Of a DNA stretch of 64,000 nt, positions 39,445 through 49,330 are shown in pieces. A program made the position numbers and the translations under genes. This stretch comes from an uncultured delta proteobacterium (GTDB lineage: Bacteria; Desulfobacterota; RBG-13-43-22). The notes under the pieces are model-generated. The model made no database searches, had not been told where the DNA came from, and worked only from the letters and a program-made list of their open reading frames with translations. Position 1 is the first letter of the stretch. Each line of letters opens with the position of its first letter. Where the stretch lies: assembly GCA_963843145.1 (NCBI GenBank), contig CAWJJC010000027.1:64001-128000 (forward strand), given 5' to 3'.

Positions 39445-40875
39445 ATGCGTAATCTTTCCCTCTTGGCCGACATGTACGAATTAACCATGCTGGGTGGGTA
39501 TATCGCCAGCGGCAAAGAGAATCAACAGGCCAACTTCGATTATTTTTTTCGGAAAGTTCCGGATGCCGGCGGATATTGCGTTACGGCGGGCCTGGAACAG
39601 TTGATCGATTATATTCAACATATCCATTTTTCCGCGCGCGATTTGGCCTATCTGGAAGGGCTCGCCATTTTCCCGGAGAAGGTGCTCTCCTACCTGGAAA
39701 ATTTTCATTTCGCCGGGGACCTCTATGCCATTCCCGAGGGCACTTTAGTCTTTCCCGGGGAACCCATTATCCGGGTAACCGCCTCCCTGCCCGAGGCCCA
39801 ATTTATCGAATCGGCCCTTCTAAATATCATGAATTTTCAGACCCTCATCGCCACTAAAGCCGCCCGGGTCTGCATCGCCGCCGAGGGGGACCCGGTGGTG
39901 GAATTCGGACTTCGCCGAGCCCATGGTCCGGATGCCGCCCTGGGGGCCGCACGGGCGGCCTTTATCGGCGGCGCCCAGGGGACCTCCAATGTTCTGGCCG
40001 GCAAGCTGTTCGGAATCCCGGTCCGGGGGACCCTGGCCCACAGTTGGGTGGAATCCTTTCCGTCCGAACTGGAGGCTTTCAGGACCTATTGCCGCCTCTA
40101 CCCCGAGGCCAGTCTCTTGTTGGTGGACACCTATGATACGCTGAAAAGCGGGGTGCCCAACGCCATTAAGGTGGGAATAGAAATGCGGTCCCAGGGCCGG
40201 GGAGAGCTGAGCGGTATCCGTCTGGACAGTGGGGACCTGGCCTATCTCAGCCAGGAAGCCCGAAAAATGTTGGATAAAGAAGGCTTCCAGCAGACCAAGA
40301 TTTTTGCATCCAGCGATTTGGACGAATGGATCATCGAAAGCATCAAGAAACAGGGCGGTCGAATCGACACCTGGGGTGTGGGGACTAAACTGGTGACCGC
40401 CTACTCCAACCCGGCCCTGGGCGGCGTTTATAAACTGACCGGCATCGAAGAAGCGGGTCGAATGGTCCCCAAAATAAAAAGGTCCGACAATCCTGAAAAA
40501 GTGACCAACCCCGGGATGAAGAAAGTTATTCGCTTTTTTGATCCTAATGGTTTCATGCGGGGGGACGTGATGTTCCTGGAGGGAGAAGTGCCGGAATCCA
40601 AGGCGCTCCGGGTCTACCATCCCACCATTCCCCATCTCCGCAAAATGTACCCGGCTCGATTTTTACGTTCCGAATTATTGGTCCCGATTTTCAAAAAAGG
40701 GGCCTTGGTTTACTCAAGGCCCTCCCTGCCGGAAATCCAGAAAAACACACACCGCAATTTAGACCGGTTGGGACCGGAACATAAACGTTTCCAAAACCCT
40801 CATATTTATCATATCAGCCTTAGCCAAAAGCTGCTGCGGACCAAACAGACGTTGCTTAAACAAACGTTCCAGTAA
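39445..40875 (+). CDS. pncB: Nicotinate phosphoribosyltransferase
   Basis: DMYELTM, EFGLRRAHG, GTLAHSW, LVDTYDT, IRLDSGDL, GVGTKL, GGVYKL. Confidence 0.94.
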   Translation: MRNLSLLADMYELTMLGGYIASGKENQQANFDYFFRKVPDAGGYCVTAGLEQLIDYIQHIHFSARDLAYLEGLAIFPEKVLSYLENFHFAGDLYAIPEGTLVFPGEPIIRVTASLPEAQFIESALLNIMNFQTLIATKAARVCIAAEGDPVVEFGLRRAHGPDAALGAARAAFIGGAQGTSNVLAGKLFGIPVRGTLAHSWVESFPSELEAFRTYCRLYPEASLLLVDTYDTLKSGVPNAIKVGIEMRSQGRGELSGIRLDSGDLAYLSQEARKMLDKEGFQQTKIFASSDLDEWIIESIKKQGGRIDTWGVGTKLVTAYSNPALGGVYKLTGIEEAGRMVPKIKRSDNPEKVTNPGMKKVIRFFDPNGFMRGDVMFLEGEVPESKALRVYHPTIPHLRKMYPARFLRSELLVPIFKKGALVYSRPSLPEIQKNTHRNLDRLGPEHKRFQNPHIYHISLSQKLLRTKQTLLKQTFQ

Positions 40876-40980
40876 AACCTAAGGTTTTGGAGAGTTTTCA
40901 GCTGTCAATTGTCAATTATCAATTGATTATTGATTATTGATTATTGGCCTTTTTGCAGGTCACCGAGGCTTATTTACAAC

Positions 40981-41469
40981 CTAAAACGTTCGGGAACAGG
41001 CGATCGTTTCGTGCTCTTTCCCTCTAACGGAGAGGATGGGCACCGGACAACGGCGAAAAACCTTTTCCGCTGTGGATCCAAAAAGGGTGTTGGCGATATT
41101 GGTTCGCCCTTTGGTCCCCATGACCACCAGATCTACTCCCTGATCCTTGACGATTTCCAGAAGCTCCACCCAGGGAACGCCGACCCGGAAGACCCGGACC
41201 ACCCGCAGATCCTGACAACTGCTTTCTTTCAACAGTTGGTCGGTTTCGGCATCTCGATTGCGCTTCTGATCGGCGATATATTTTTCCACGGTAACCCCGA
41301 TACCTTCCACCTCTACTTTGCGGATGGCTTCCACGTCCCGTTGGTTGAGGACATTGGCCACTACCAGAACGGCGTTTACGGAGCTGGCTAAAAGGGCCGC
41401 GTACTTAAGAGTAGCCTTGGAATAATCGGAGAAATCAACAGCCGCCATAATTTTATTAATCGGTCCCAT
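40981..41469 (-). CDS. Universal stress protein
   Basis: [31 protein letters not shown]. Confidence 0.92.
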   Translation of the reverse strand: MGPINKIMAAVDFSDYSKATLKYAALLASSVNAVLVVANVLNQRDVEAIRKVEVEGIGVTVEKYIADQKRNRDAETDQLLKESSCQDLRVVRVFRVGVPWVELLEIVKDQGVDLVVMGTKGRTNIANTLFGSTAEKVFRRCPVPILSVRGKEHETIACSRTF

Positions 41470-41555
41470 AAAACCCTCCTTGATTTATTTAATATGACGT
41501 TTCGCCCTTTTGGATGGTTATCCCCCATATCTGGTATGGCCACGAAGGCCCTATC

Positions 41556-42044
41556 TCAGACTGAGCTGCTAAACTCTGAGCCGGGCATGAATTTGGGGGG
41601 AAATGACTCGCCAGGGCCCAGGGATAAACCCGGCAGGACCATCAAAGTGGCCGTGCCGTGGGCCAGAAGGCGACCCTCCTGATCATGGATCTCGGATTGC
41701 CCCAGGGCTAAGGTTTTTCCCAATTTAAGGCATTGCCCCTTAGCCACCATCTTTCCTTTGAGCGTTGGGGAAAGGTAGTTGAGTTTCATTTCCACGGTGG
41801 TCAACCCCAGACCCTCATCCAGTAAAGGGTAGACCGCCCAGAAGGCGGAGGCGTCAATCAGGGAGGAAAAAACACCGCCATGTACCATTCCAAAAGGCTG
41901 AAGGTGTTTCTCCCCCAGGGAGACCTCCAGCAGTGAAGTCCCTTCTCCCAATTCGATGATCGACATGGAGATTAATTGAAAATAAGGACACTGGTTTACC
42001 GTCCGGCAAACCGCGGTTACATAATCCGGATTGAGTCGTTTCAT
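41556..42044 (-). CDS. PaaI-family thioesterase
   Basis: HLQPFGMVHGGVFSSLID and TVEMKLNYL. Confidence 0.9.
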   Translation of the reverse strand: MKRLNPDYVTAVCRTVNQCPYFQLISMSIIELGEGTSLLEVSLGEKHLQPFGMVHGGVFSSLIDASAFWAVYPLLDEGLGLTTVEMKLNYLSPTLKGKMVAKGQCLKLGKTLALGQSEIHDQEGRLLAHGTATLMVLPGLSLGPGESFPPKFMPGSEFSSSV

Positions 42045-42152
42045 CCCCTTCCTCTTTCTTTCCTGGCTGTCTTGTTTATAGTCAATCCCCTCGATTTTTA
42101 AAAGAAAAAAATGCGAATCCAGACTAACTCAAAGGCCCGGGAAGGAACGAAT

Positions 42153-43154
42153 TCATCGATTTCTAGTCGTCGCTTCCCCCGGTATCAGCGGCCAGGGCTT
42201 TCCCAGTCTGAAAGCCTTCTCAATGTTCCCTTCCCGGATAAAATCGTCCTTCACGAGCAAATAATTGCCTTTCACTATTTCCCCCGGGTCGAGACAGGCC
42301 GCGGAGAGTATTTGTTCCAGACCCAATCCGGCCTTTTTGAAAAGCGCCATTTCCTCCAGGAAGGAACAACCCGGCGAGACCCCCGGCGAACCGCTGTCGG
42401 TGCCGACTACCAGACGAACCCCCAATTGGGCCGCCCGGAATATTGATTCCAGGTGCGCTTCCACGATTTTTTCCAGCGCGCCTTTCTGTTCCGCGGGGAG
42501 ACCGTTTTTTAAATGGGCCAAGGCATACAGGGTGGGGGTCCAATGAATGTCTTTTTCTTTTAAAAGGTGGAGCGTTTCTTCGGAAATAAAAAAACCGTGC
42601 TGAATAGAGGAAATCGGAAAAGAGGCCGCCTCCCGAATGGCCTGGTCGGAATTTACGTGGCAATGAACGGGCAATCCGTATTGGCTGGCCTCTTCGACGA
42701 GGCAACGGAATTCCTCCCGGGTAAATCCTCCGGAGGTGATTCGCCCGAGATTTTTCAAGGATACGATCCCCGATTGAACCACCTTCACCAAGTCGCCCCC
42801 CTCCTGAAAAATGTCGGCGACCGCCTGCCGGATTTCTTTTATTCCCTCCACCCCTCGGCCTAAAAAACCTCCATACAAACCTTTCTTGTGCAGGGCGTAA
42901 CCGGCGGTTTTCAGCCGGACCAAGGGGGCCTCTTGCCGGTCCAGGGCCTTTTTTAGACGAAGCCCCACTCCTTCACGGTTGCCCATATCCCAAAGGACAG
43001 AAATCCCCTGCCGGGCGTAAACCTGCAGGGTAGTTAAAGCCCCCTCAACCGCTAAAGGCGCGCCGTCTTGAAAAAAGTGAATGTGCCCGTCTCGAAAGGG
43101 CGGGATGATCCGGCAACCGGAGGGCACCGTGGAAATCTGCTCCTGGAGGTCCAC
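42153..43154 (-). CDS. Amidohydrolase-family protein
   Basis: PFRDGHIH, GGDLVK, PVHCH, SIQHG, TPTL, VGTDSG metal-binding pattern. Confidence 0.8.
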   Translation of the reverse strand: MDLQEQISTVPSGCRIIPPFRDGHIHFFQDGAPLAVEGALTTLQVYARQGISVLWDMGNREGVGLRLKKALDRQEAPLVRLKTAGYALHKKGLYGGFLGRGVEGIKEIRQAVADIFQEGGDLVKVVQSGIVSLKNLGRITSGGFTREEFRCLVEEASQYGLPVHCHVNSDQAIREAASFPISSIQHGFFISEETLHLLKEKDIHWTPTLYALAHLKNGLPAEQKGALEKIVEAHLESIFRAAQLGVRLVVGTDSGSPGVSPGCSFLEEMALFKKAGLGLEQILSAACLDPGEIVKGNYLLVKDDFIREGNIEKAFRLGKPWPLIPGEATTRNR

Positions 43155-43169
43155 TGCAGCCCGGACCGG

Positions 43170-43700
43170 TTAAGAGATTAAGCCTAAAGGAAATCCCTTA
43201 ATCAGCGGAGGACTGAGAGGATCTTCTTTATGGTCGGTTGGAGAGTTTTCGTCATCTTTTTTCCTTCTCCCGATCTTTTTCCCGGTAAGGATTTCCAAAC
43301 CCTCTTCGATTCCGGTTATGGCATAGACGTGAAATCGCCTTTTTTTGACGGCCTCGATGACTTCTTTACCGGCGGGCAGGGACAAGGCCTGGGGTTGATC
43401 GGCCAGTTGGAAGTTGTAGACGTAGCACCAATCCCGAGGTCGGCCCTTTTTCTTCGCCTCTTCCTCCACCAGGGTCCGGGTAATGTAGGTCAGGCCCGTT
43501 TTGGAAGGACCGGCAACATAGACATTAAAATCCAATCCTCCCAGGCCCATGCCGAAGGTCAGGGCCTTGACGGCCCGGTCCTGGGCCAGCACCCGTACCG
43601 GGCCGGCAGCTAGTTCGGCTGAACTCTCAAATCCCAGACTGTCCGGATCGCAGGTCTTTCGAAGTTGATCGGGGTCTAAGGGACGATATTTTTTTACCAT
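43170..43700 (-). pseudogene. Internally deleted Lon-like (LonB/LonC-type) ATP-dependent protease
   Basis: N-terminal motifs (CDP..LGF, QDRA..AL.FG, NVYVAG, DWCYVYNF..P.ALSLPAG) are joined directly to C-terminal motifs (EVIEAV...FHVYA...EGLEILTG). Confidence 0.75.
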
Positions 43701-43776
43701 CGAGGTTTTCCCTTCCTTCAGCAATCGTCGGTCTACCTCTCATAGCACAGGAGATTTTATTTTATCAAGTCCTGAT

Positions 43777-43812
43777 GCCGAGAAAAAAGTCCAAGAACGA
43801 CTTTTTTCTCGG
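43777..43812. repeat. AAAAAGTC/GACTTTTT palindrome
   Basis: ccgagaaaaaagtc-caagaac-gacttttttctcgg. Confidence 0.65.
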
Positions 43813-43815
43813 ATA

Positions 43816-43851
43816 GAAAAAGAAGGGCCGGGGTGTTAGCCCCGGCCCTTC
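43816..43851 (-). terminator. Rho-independent terminator
   Basis: The minus strand reads gaagggccggggctaacaccccggcccttc followed by ttttt, downstream of 43880..44932. Confidence 0.8.
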
Positions 43852-43879
43852 CGAGTGCGAATAAACCAAAGAGGACGGA

Positions 43880-44932
43880 TTAGAAAAGGATCCGCAACCC
43901 GCCTCCTACTCGACCGTATTTAGTCCAGTCACCAAACTGGTCAAAGGCCGACCGACCCTCGATGAAAAACTCAAAATTCGTCCCTTTGGGTTCATCGGTA
44001 ATCGGAAAGCCGATCTCCAGGATTAGATCGCCTTTAGAGTCCTCACTGGTTGCCCAGAGGCCCGCTCCCGCTCCCAGGTAAATTCTTTTTGACGGATGAT
44101 AGGTGAAAATGGCATCCGCCAGAAAGGCCGAATTGTCGTTTTCCCCTCTGATCAGCCCCGCAAACCCCGCCAGACCGGTCAAGGCCAACTGATCGGCAAA
44201 CTTATACCGATACCCTAAACGAACCATCCCGAAGGCGGAAACGTCAAATCGCATTAAAGGACCAAAATCCGCGACCAGAAATCCTTTCCTGCCCTCGACC
44301 TTGGGCTTTTCAACCGCCGCCGGGGGCGCGGGGGTTGCAGGGGTTGGAGAGGGCGCAGGGGTCGGAGGCGGGGTAACCGCTCCCGGAGGGGGTCCGGTCG
44401 CTTCTTTTGGCGGGGCGGTACCCTTGGGTTCTTCTTTGGGCGGTGGGGGAGGAGGCGCCGCCACCTTGGGGACGTCGATAACCTCTTTTAAGGAAATGTT
44501 CAAGCAGATGAGCGGAATAATGAAAACATGATCGCGTTCGCTATGCCGAACAACCAGCCGATAGGCCTGAAAGGAGGTCTTTCCGGCCCAGACGGGATCC
44601 TTTAAGACCGCAATCTTCCCCTTCTTTTTATAGATCATCCATTTAAAGGCCTCTCCGGGTTGAACGGTCACCGCTTCCGGCTTGGCGCTCTTAAGCTGTT
44701 CCATAAAAGGTTCATAAAGCTCGGGCGCTCCCGCTTTGACAAATCCAAGCTTAACGTTCTTCTTTAAACGGGAGAGGAGAGGGAAAACCGCTTCCGCCTT
44801 CAGTCCTTTCGCTTGATAAAAAGGATTTCTCCCCAATTTTTTTATCTGGGTGGCCGCAGCCAGCGGTTGAATACCCCAGGCCAGCAACAGAAATAGACCC
44901 AACCAGCCCGCCAACATACATTTCATTTTCAT
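43880..44932 (-). CDS. Exported protein with a Pro-rich linker and a probable C-terminal outer-membrane beta-barrel
   Basis: Signal peptide, basic N-domain, PPPPPP/PAPSPTP linker, amphipathic strands ending GGLRILF. Confidence 0.7.
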   Translation of the reverse strand: MKMKCMLAGWLGLFLLLAWGIQPLAAATQIKKLGRNPFYQAKGLKAEAVFPLLSRLKKNVKLGFVKAGAPELYEPFMEQLKSAKPEAVTVQPGEAFKWMIYKKKGKIAVLKDPVWAGKTSFQAYRLVVRHSERDHVFIIPLICLNISLKEVIDVPKVAAPPPPPPKEEPKGTAPPKEATGPPPGAVTPPPTPAPSPTPATPAPPAAVEKPKVEGRKGFLVADFGPLMRFDVSAFGMVRLGYRYKFADQLALTGLAGFAGLIRGENDNSAFLADAIFTYHPSKRIYLGAGAGLWATSEDSKGDLILEIGFPITDEPKGTNFEFFIEGRSAFDQFGDWTKYGRVGGGLRILF

Positions 44933-45103
44933 CTTTCTTTCCTCCTTGATTTTTCTCCATCCGTGGCCTTTATTTCTACCGTGGTAGTATTATTGAATCG
45001 CCTCCTTCGGTCAAGAACAAAAAATCCGATACTTGCAATAAACGCCCCCCCTGCCCTTCCATCCAGCAAAATCGCATCAAGACCGATGCAAGTTTCAAGC
45101 TTC

Positions 45104-45889
45104 TTACTGCCTGGCGGTTCGGAAGTGGACCGGTGGGGTCGTTTCAAAATTGGTGCGAAAAGGATTGATGTCGATCCCTCCCCGGCGGGTGTAGCGGGCA
45201 TAGACGGTCAGCTTCTCCGGGCGGCAGCGGAGCCAAAGATCCATGAAGATCTTCTCGACGCAGTTCTCATGGAAGTCCTGGTGCAACCGATAGGAAACCA
45301 GATATCTGAGAAGACCGGCTCGATCCAGGCGCGGCCCCCGGTAACGGATTTGAATAGCGGCCCAGTCCGGCTGCCCGCTGAGCGGACAATTTGTTTTTAA
45401 CAAATTTGAAACCAGGGTCTCTTCCACCACCGGGGCGCCGGCGGCGAGAAAATCCGGATTCACCCGATATTCGCTGATATCCACTTCCAGGCGGTCCAGC
45501 GATTCGCCGGGAAGCTCTTCGATTCGTTCCTGTCTGAAAAGCTCCGCTGATTTCAGGACGACTTCCACCGGGCTGCCGCAGGCTCGACTCAGATCCTGCG
45601 TAAGGATCGTCTGCAGCGATTGAGAATCTTCAATAGGGGTCTGGTTAAAGGAATTCAAATATTGTTTGAACGACTTCGATTCGATGAGCCGGGGGGAATC
45701 CGCAGGGAAATAGAAGGTCGCTAAAGCGATTTTAGGCTTCCCCTGGGGATTTATCCAAGATAGTTCGTAAGACGTCCAGACATCCATTCCCCAAAAAGGT
45801 AAAGGCTCGACGATGCCGCTTTCCTCCCGCTGCGGGCGACGGGAAATGGGGGAAAGTAACTGGGGATCGTAACGGTCTTGATAATTCAA
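45104..45889 (-). CDS. queF: NADPH-dependent 7-cyano-7-deazaguanine reductase QueF (bimodular type)
   Basis: YELSW..GKP, LIESKSFKQYLNS, NCPLSGQPDW, FHENCVE, YTRRGGIDINP. Start inferred at TTG 45889 after GGAG. Confidence 0.9.
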   Translation of the reverse strand: MNYQDRYDPQLLSPISRRPQREESGIVEPLPFWGMDVWTSYELSWINPQGKPKIALATFYFPADSPRLIESKSFKQYLNSFNQTPIEDSQSLQTILTQDLSRACGSPVEVVLKSAELFRQERIEELPGESLDRLEVDISEYRVNPDFLAAGAPVVEETLVSNLLKTNCPLSGQPDWAAIQIRYRGPRLDRAGLLRYLVSYRLHQDFHENCVEKIFMDLWLRCRPEKLTVYARYTRRGGIDINPFRTNFETTPPVHFRTARQ

Positions 45890-46175
45890 GAATACTAGCT
45901 CCCGACTAACTCTAGCCAAAAATATTTTAAATATAATCGAAGAGCGGGTTTGGCGCAATCGATCTTTCTTCAACAACCGTTCCAAGGCGTGGTGATTGAC
46001 AAACGCTTCGTACGTGATTAATGTTCCAAAATGGAACTGAGTCCTCCACAATGGTAGCGTACCTGTCTGGAAAAACATTCACTGATTTCCCTCCCGGTTT
46101 TGAAAAAAATTTGCCGGACACCTTTTTCCATAACAAATTTAAGCTCTTATAATCTTTTATGATCTAAATTCCAAG

Positions 46176-46192
46176 TTGGTATAGCTATTGCT
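46176..46192 (+). promoter_or_regulatory. Sigma54 (-24/-12) promoter of the multiheme cytochrome gene
   Basis: TTGGTATAGCTATTGCT has GG-N10-GC spacing, about 110 nt upstream of the start. Confidence 0.65.
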
Positions 46193-46303
46193 AACAATTA
46201 CTAATAGCTTTTTCTGATAAGGATAAATTTTGCTTTCCTGGGCGGGTTCACGACCTATTAATATCAACTCAAAATCCATGGTCAACGAATGAAGGAGGAG
46301 TTC

Positions 46304-47552
46304 ATGAAACGGTTAAGAACTAAAATGATCATAGGGGTGGGCATCCTCCTCCTGGCGGGGGTAATGGGCAGCCTAATCACCGGTAAAAGTCTGGCCGGTC
46401 TTTATTACCTGCCTGCGATCTTCAACGGCAATGCCAATAATAACAGCGGGTATGTGGTCCTGGCCTGGAACGATCTCGGAATGCATTGCTATAATCGGAA
46501 TTTTCAGGACCTGGGGGTCTTGCCGCCCTATAACAACCTCTGGGCCCAGGTGGTCAAGGTGGCCGATCCTCCGCAAATCATTACCACCGGCATTGAAGTG
46601 ACCTATGAATTCCCCAATAATACCGAGTCCGTCAGCAAATCCAATTTCTGGACCAACGCCCAAAAACTTTTCGGGCTGGCTGCCCCTCTTCAGCCTAATA
46701 TTGGATTAACGGGCAAAGGGTTGTCCGGGACCTTGGATCTGGATGGAGATCACTATAAGGCGGACGGAATTCCCCTGACCGAATTTCAGGATACCGCCCC
46801 CACCACCTCCTATCCCTATCAATTGGCCACCGTGATCGTCCGGGATGCCCAGACCAAGGTAGAACTGGCTCGGACCATCACGGTGGCTCCGGTTTCCACG
46901 GAAATGCACTGCGATAATTGTCACTCCAATAATGGGACCGCGAACCCCAATATTGCCACTGGCCGTGGTGGAGAACAATATTCTAACCTTGCACGACCAG
47001 AGAAATCAGGGTGATTATCCCAACGGCCACACGGGCGCTCTAATGAACCGCCGGCCGATCCTCTGCGCCGAATGCCATGCCTCCAATGTCCTAGGAAAAC
47101 CCGGTGCGGGCGACGTGCCCAGTTTTTCCAATGCCATGCACAGAAGACACAGCGGCCACGTCCCTGACACGATAAACGGCTGTTATCAATGCCACCCCGG
47201 CCCGCAAACCCAATGTTTGCGGGACACCATGTTTAAGCAAGGATTGACCTGTATCGATTGCCATGGGACTTTGGCCAAGGTCTCCCAGAATCCCAATCCC
47301 TGGCTCAATGAACCGCGGTGTGACACCTGCCATCCCTCTATCATCCAAGACCAGCCCTTATACCGCCATTCTACCGGTCACAAAGGGATTCGTTGCGCGG
47401 CCTGCCACGATAGCCCTCATGCCATTGCCCCCACCAATCAGGCTAATGACGCCATTAAATTCCTGGGCTGGCAGGGGAAAAACGGTCCCCTCAGTAAATG
47501 TACCGTTTGTCATCTCACCCAGCCGACGAGCTCCATGCCTCATGGGAAATAG
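46304..47552 (+). CDS. Multiheme c-type cytochrome (7 CxxCH), split by one indel at ~46963
   Basis: Signal peptide and LAWNDLGMHC domain, then CDNCH, CAECH, CYQCH, CIDCH, CDTCH, CAACH and CTVCH. Removing one C at ggccgtgg joins the two ORFs. Confidence 0.85.
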
Positions 47553-47761
47553 TTTTCCCCTTTACTTTAATAATCAATAATCAATTGTTAATTGACAATT
47601 GATTATTGATTATGAGCCATGGTGCGGGTTAAGGAGGTTTTTCTCGCATTAAACTCCCATGCCCGGCACGGGCGCGCCGAGGCATGAAAAAGTTCGAAGG
47701 GCGATCCCCAGGATTAAGACCGAACACAGAAAGCAATATCCCTACTAACCTACCCCACCTC

Positions 47762-47793
47762 AGGCAGGGTCGTTTTCGACCCTGCCTTTTTTT
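47762..47793 (+). terminator. Rho-independent terminator-like hairpin
   Basis: aggcagggtcg-tttt-cgaccctgcct followed by a T run. Confidence 0.8.
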
Positions 47794-47857
47794 CTTGACA
47801 GGCCTGGGAAACGATGATTTCGTGATTTAATTTTGAAACCTATTGGATTGATCCCTC

Positions 47858-48616
47858 ATGAGGTCCCCGGACATCAGCCCAGCCCCATTATTGAAAGTGA
47901 AAAATCTCTCCCGGGACTTTGGAGGCCTGCGGGCCTTGGCCTCCATTTCCTTTGAGCTGTTGCCGGAGGAAATCGTCGGCCTCATCGGACCGAATGGGGC
48001 GGGCAAGACGACCCTCTTCGCCCTGCTCAGCGGGTTTCTCACCCCTTCTGAGGGGGAGATCCTTTTTTCGGAGACATCCATTGGCGGGTGGCGTCCGGAC
48101 CGGATCTGCCACCTGGGAATGGCCCGCACCTTCCAGGTGGTCCGTCCCTTTCCGGAGATGACCGTCTATGATAATATTAAAGCCGCCGCCGTCTTCGGGA
48201 AACCGGTAAAACGTGCGGGGGCGGTAGTGGATCAGGATATCCGGGATATTTTGGAAATTACCGGCCTGGCGCCCAAAGCCGTCCAGAAATCCAGTTCCCT
48301 CAGTCTCCCGGAACGCAAGCGGCTGGAAGTGGCCCGAACGCTGGCCACCCAGCCACGGCTGCTGCTTTTGGACGAAGTCCTGGCCGGACTTAACCCCCGG
48401 GAAGTGGAAGAGGCGATCCCGCTGATCCTTTCCCTCAACAGCCAAAGAAAAATCAGCCTGCTCCTGATCGAACACAATCTGCGGGCCGTTATGGGGATTT
48501 GTCAACGCCTGTTGGTTTTGAATTTCGGTCAACTTATTTTTGACGGCCTTCCGCAGGCCGCAGTGGAGGACCTCGGGGTGATTCAGGCCTACCTGGGAGA
48601 GCAACAGGATGCTTAA
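47858..48616 (+). CDS. Branched-chain amino acid-type ABC transporter ATPase (LivG-like)
   Basis: GPNGAGKTT, ARTFQ, LLLDE, IEH, AYLG. Confidence 0.92.
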   Translation: MRSPDISPAPLLKVKNLSRDFGGLRALASISFELLPEEIVGLIGPNGAGKTTLFALLSGFLTPSEGEILFSETSIGGWRPDRICHLGMARTFQVVRPFPEMTVYDNIKAAAVFGKPVKRAGAVVDQDIRDILEITGLAPKAVQKSSSLSLPERKRLEVARTLATQPRLLLLDEVLAGLNPREVEEAIPLILSLNSQRKISLLLIEHNLRAVMGICQRLLVLNFGQLIFDGLPQAAVEDLGVIQAYLGEQQDA

Positions 48617-49316
48617 AGTCGAAAGCCTGTCGACCGGCTATGGGGACGCCCAGGTGCTGGACCGGATTTCCTTTGAGGTCCAACCGGGACTGATGACCTG
48701 CATCCTGGGCCCCAACGGGGCGGGCAAGACCACACTCCTGCGGGCCATTACCGGACTTCTTCCGGCGCAAGCCGGCCGGATACTGTTCCTGGGGAAGGAA
48801 ATTCAGGGCCAAAAAACGTACCGAATTGTGGATCTGGGGATGACGATGATCCCGGAAGGACGCCGTCTCTGGCCGCCCTTGACGGTTCAGGAAAACCTGG
48901 AACTCGGAGCCTACCGGGTCTCCGATCCGGCAGAGGTGGCTGAACGGTTGGCCTGGGTCTTTTCATTGTTTCCTCACCTGGCCACCCGCAAGCCGCAGCG
49001 TTGCGGCACCCTCTCGGGCGGGGAGCAGCAAATGGTGGCTATCGGCCGAGGATTGATGGCGGCCCCGAAGCTCTTGTTAATGGACGAACCCTCTCTGGGG
49101 CTGGCCCCGCTGATTGTCCGGGAGATGTTTGAGGCCATTAAAAAAATAGTCGCCTCGGGGACCACTGTGCTGCTGATCGAGCAAAACACCCAGGTAGCCC
49201 TTTCCGCGGCCCATTACGGCTATGTTCTGGAAAGGGGAGCGATGGTCATGGAGGGGGAGGCGGGTTCTTTACGCGAGAACGCGCATATTAAACAGGCCTA
49301 TTTGGGTCTATCATAA
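48609..49316 (+). CDS. ABC transporter ATPase (LivF-like)
   Basis: GPNGAGKTT, PEGRR, LSGGEQQM, MDEPSLGLAP. Confidence 0.92.
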   Translation: MLKVESLSTGYGDAQVLDRISFEVQPGLMTCILGPNGAGKTTLLRAITGLLPAQAGRILFLGKEIQGQKTYRIVDLGMTMIPEGRRLWPPLTVQENLELGAYRVSDPAEVAERLAWVFSLFPHLATRKPQRCGTLSGGEQQMVAIGRGLMAAPKLLLMDEPSLGLAPLIVREMFEAIKKIVASGTTVLLIEQNTQVALSAAHYGYVLERGAMVMEGEAGSLRENAHIKQAYLGLS

Positions 49317-49330
49317 AGGAGGAGATAAGA

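Noticed and set aside
39141-39515. 124-aa minus-strand ORF upstream of pncB
   Set aside because: No recognisable motifs, and it overlaps the pncB start and the inverted-repeat element.
45104-45889. queF as part of a 7-deazaguanine DNA modification (dpd) system linked to dndC
   Set aside because: It is over 30 kb away with no dpdA/tgt-like neighbours. Ordinary queuosine synthesis explains it.
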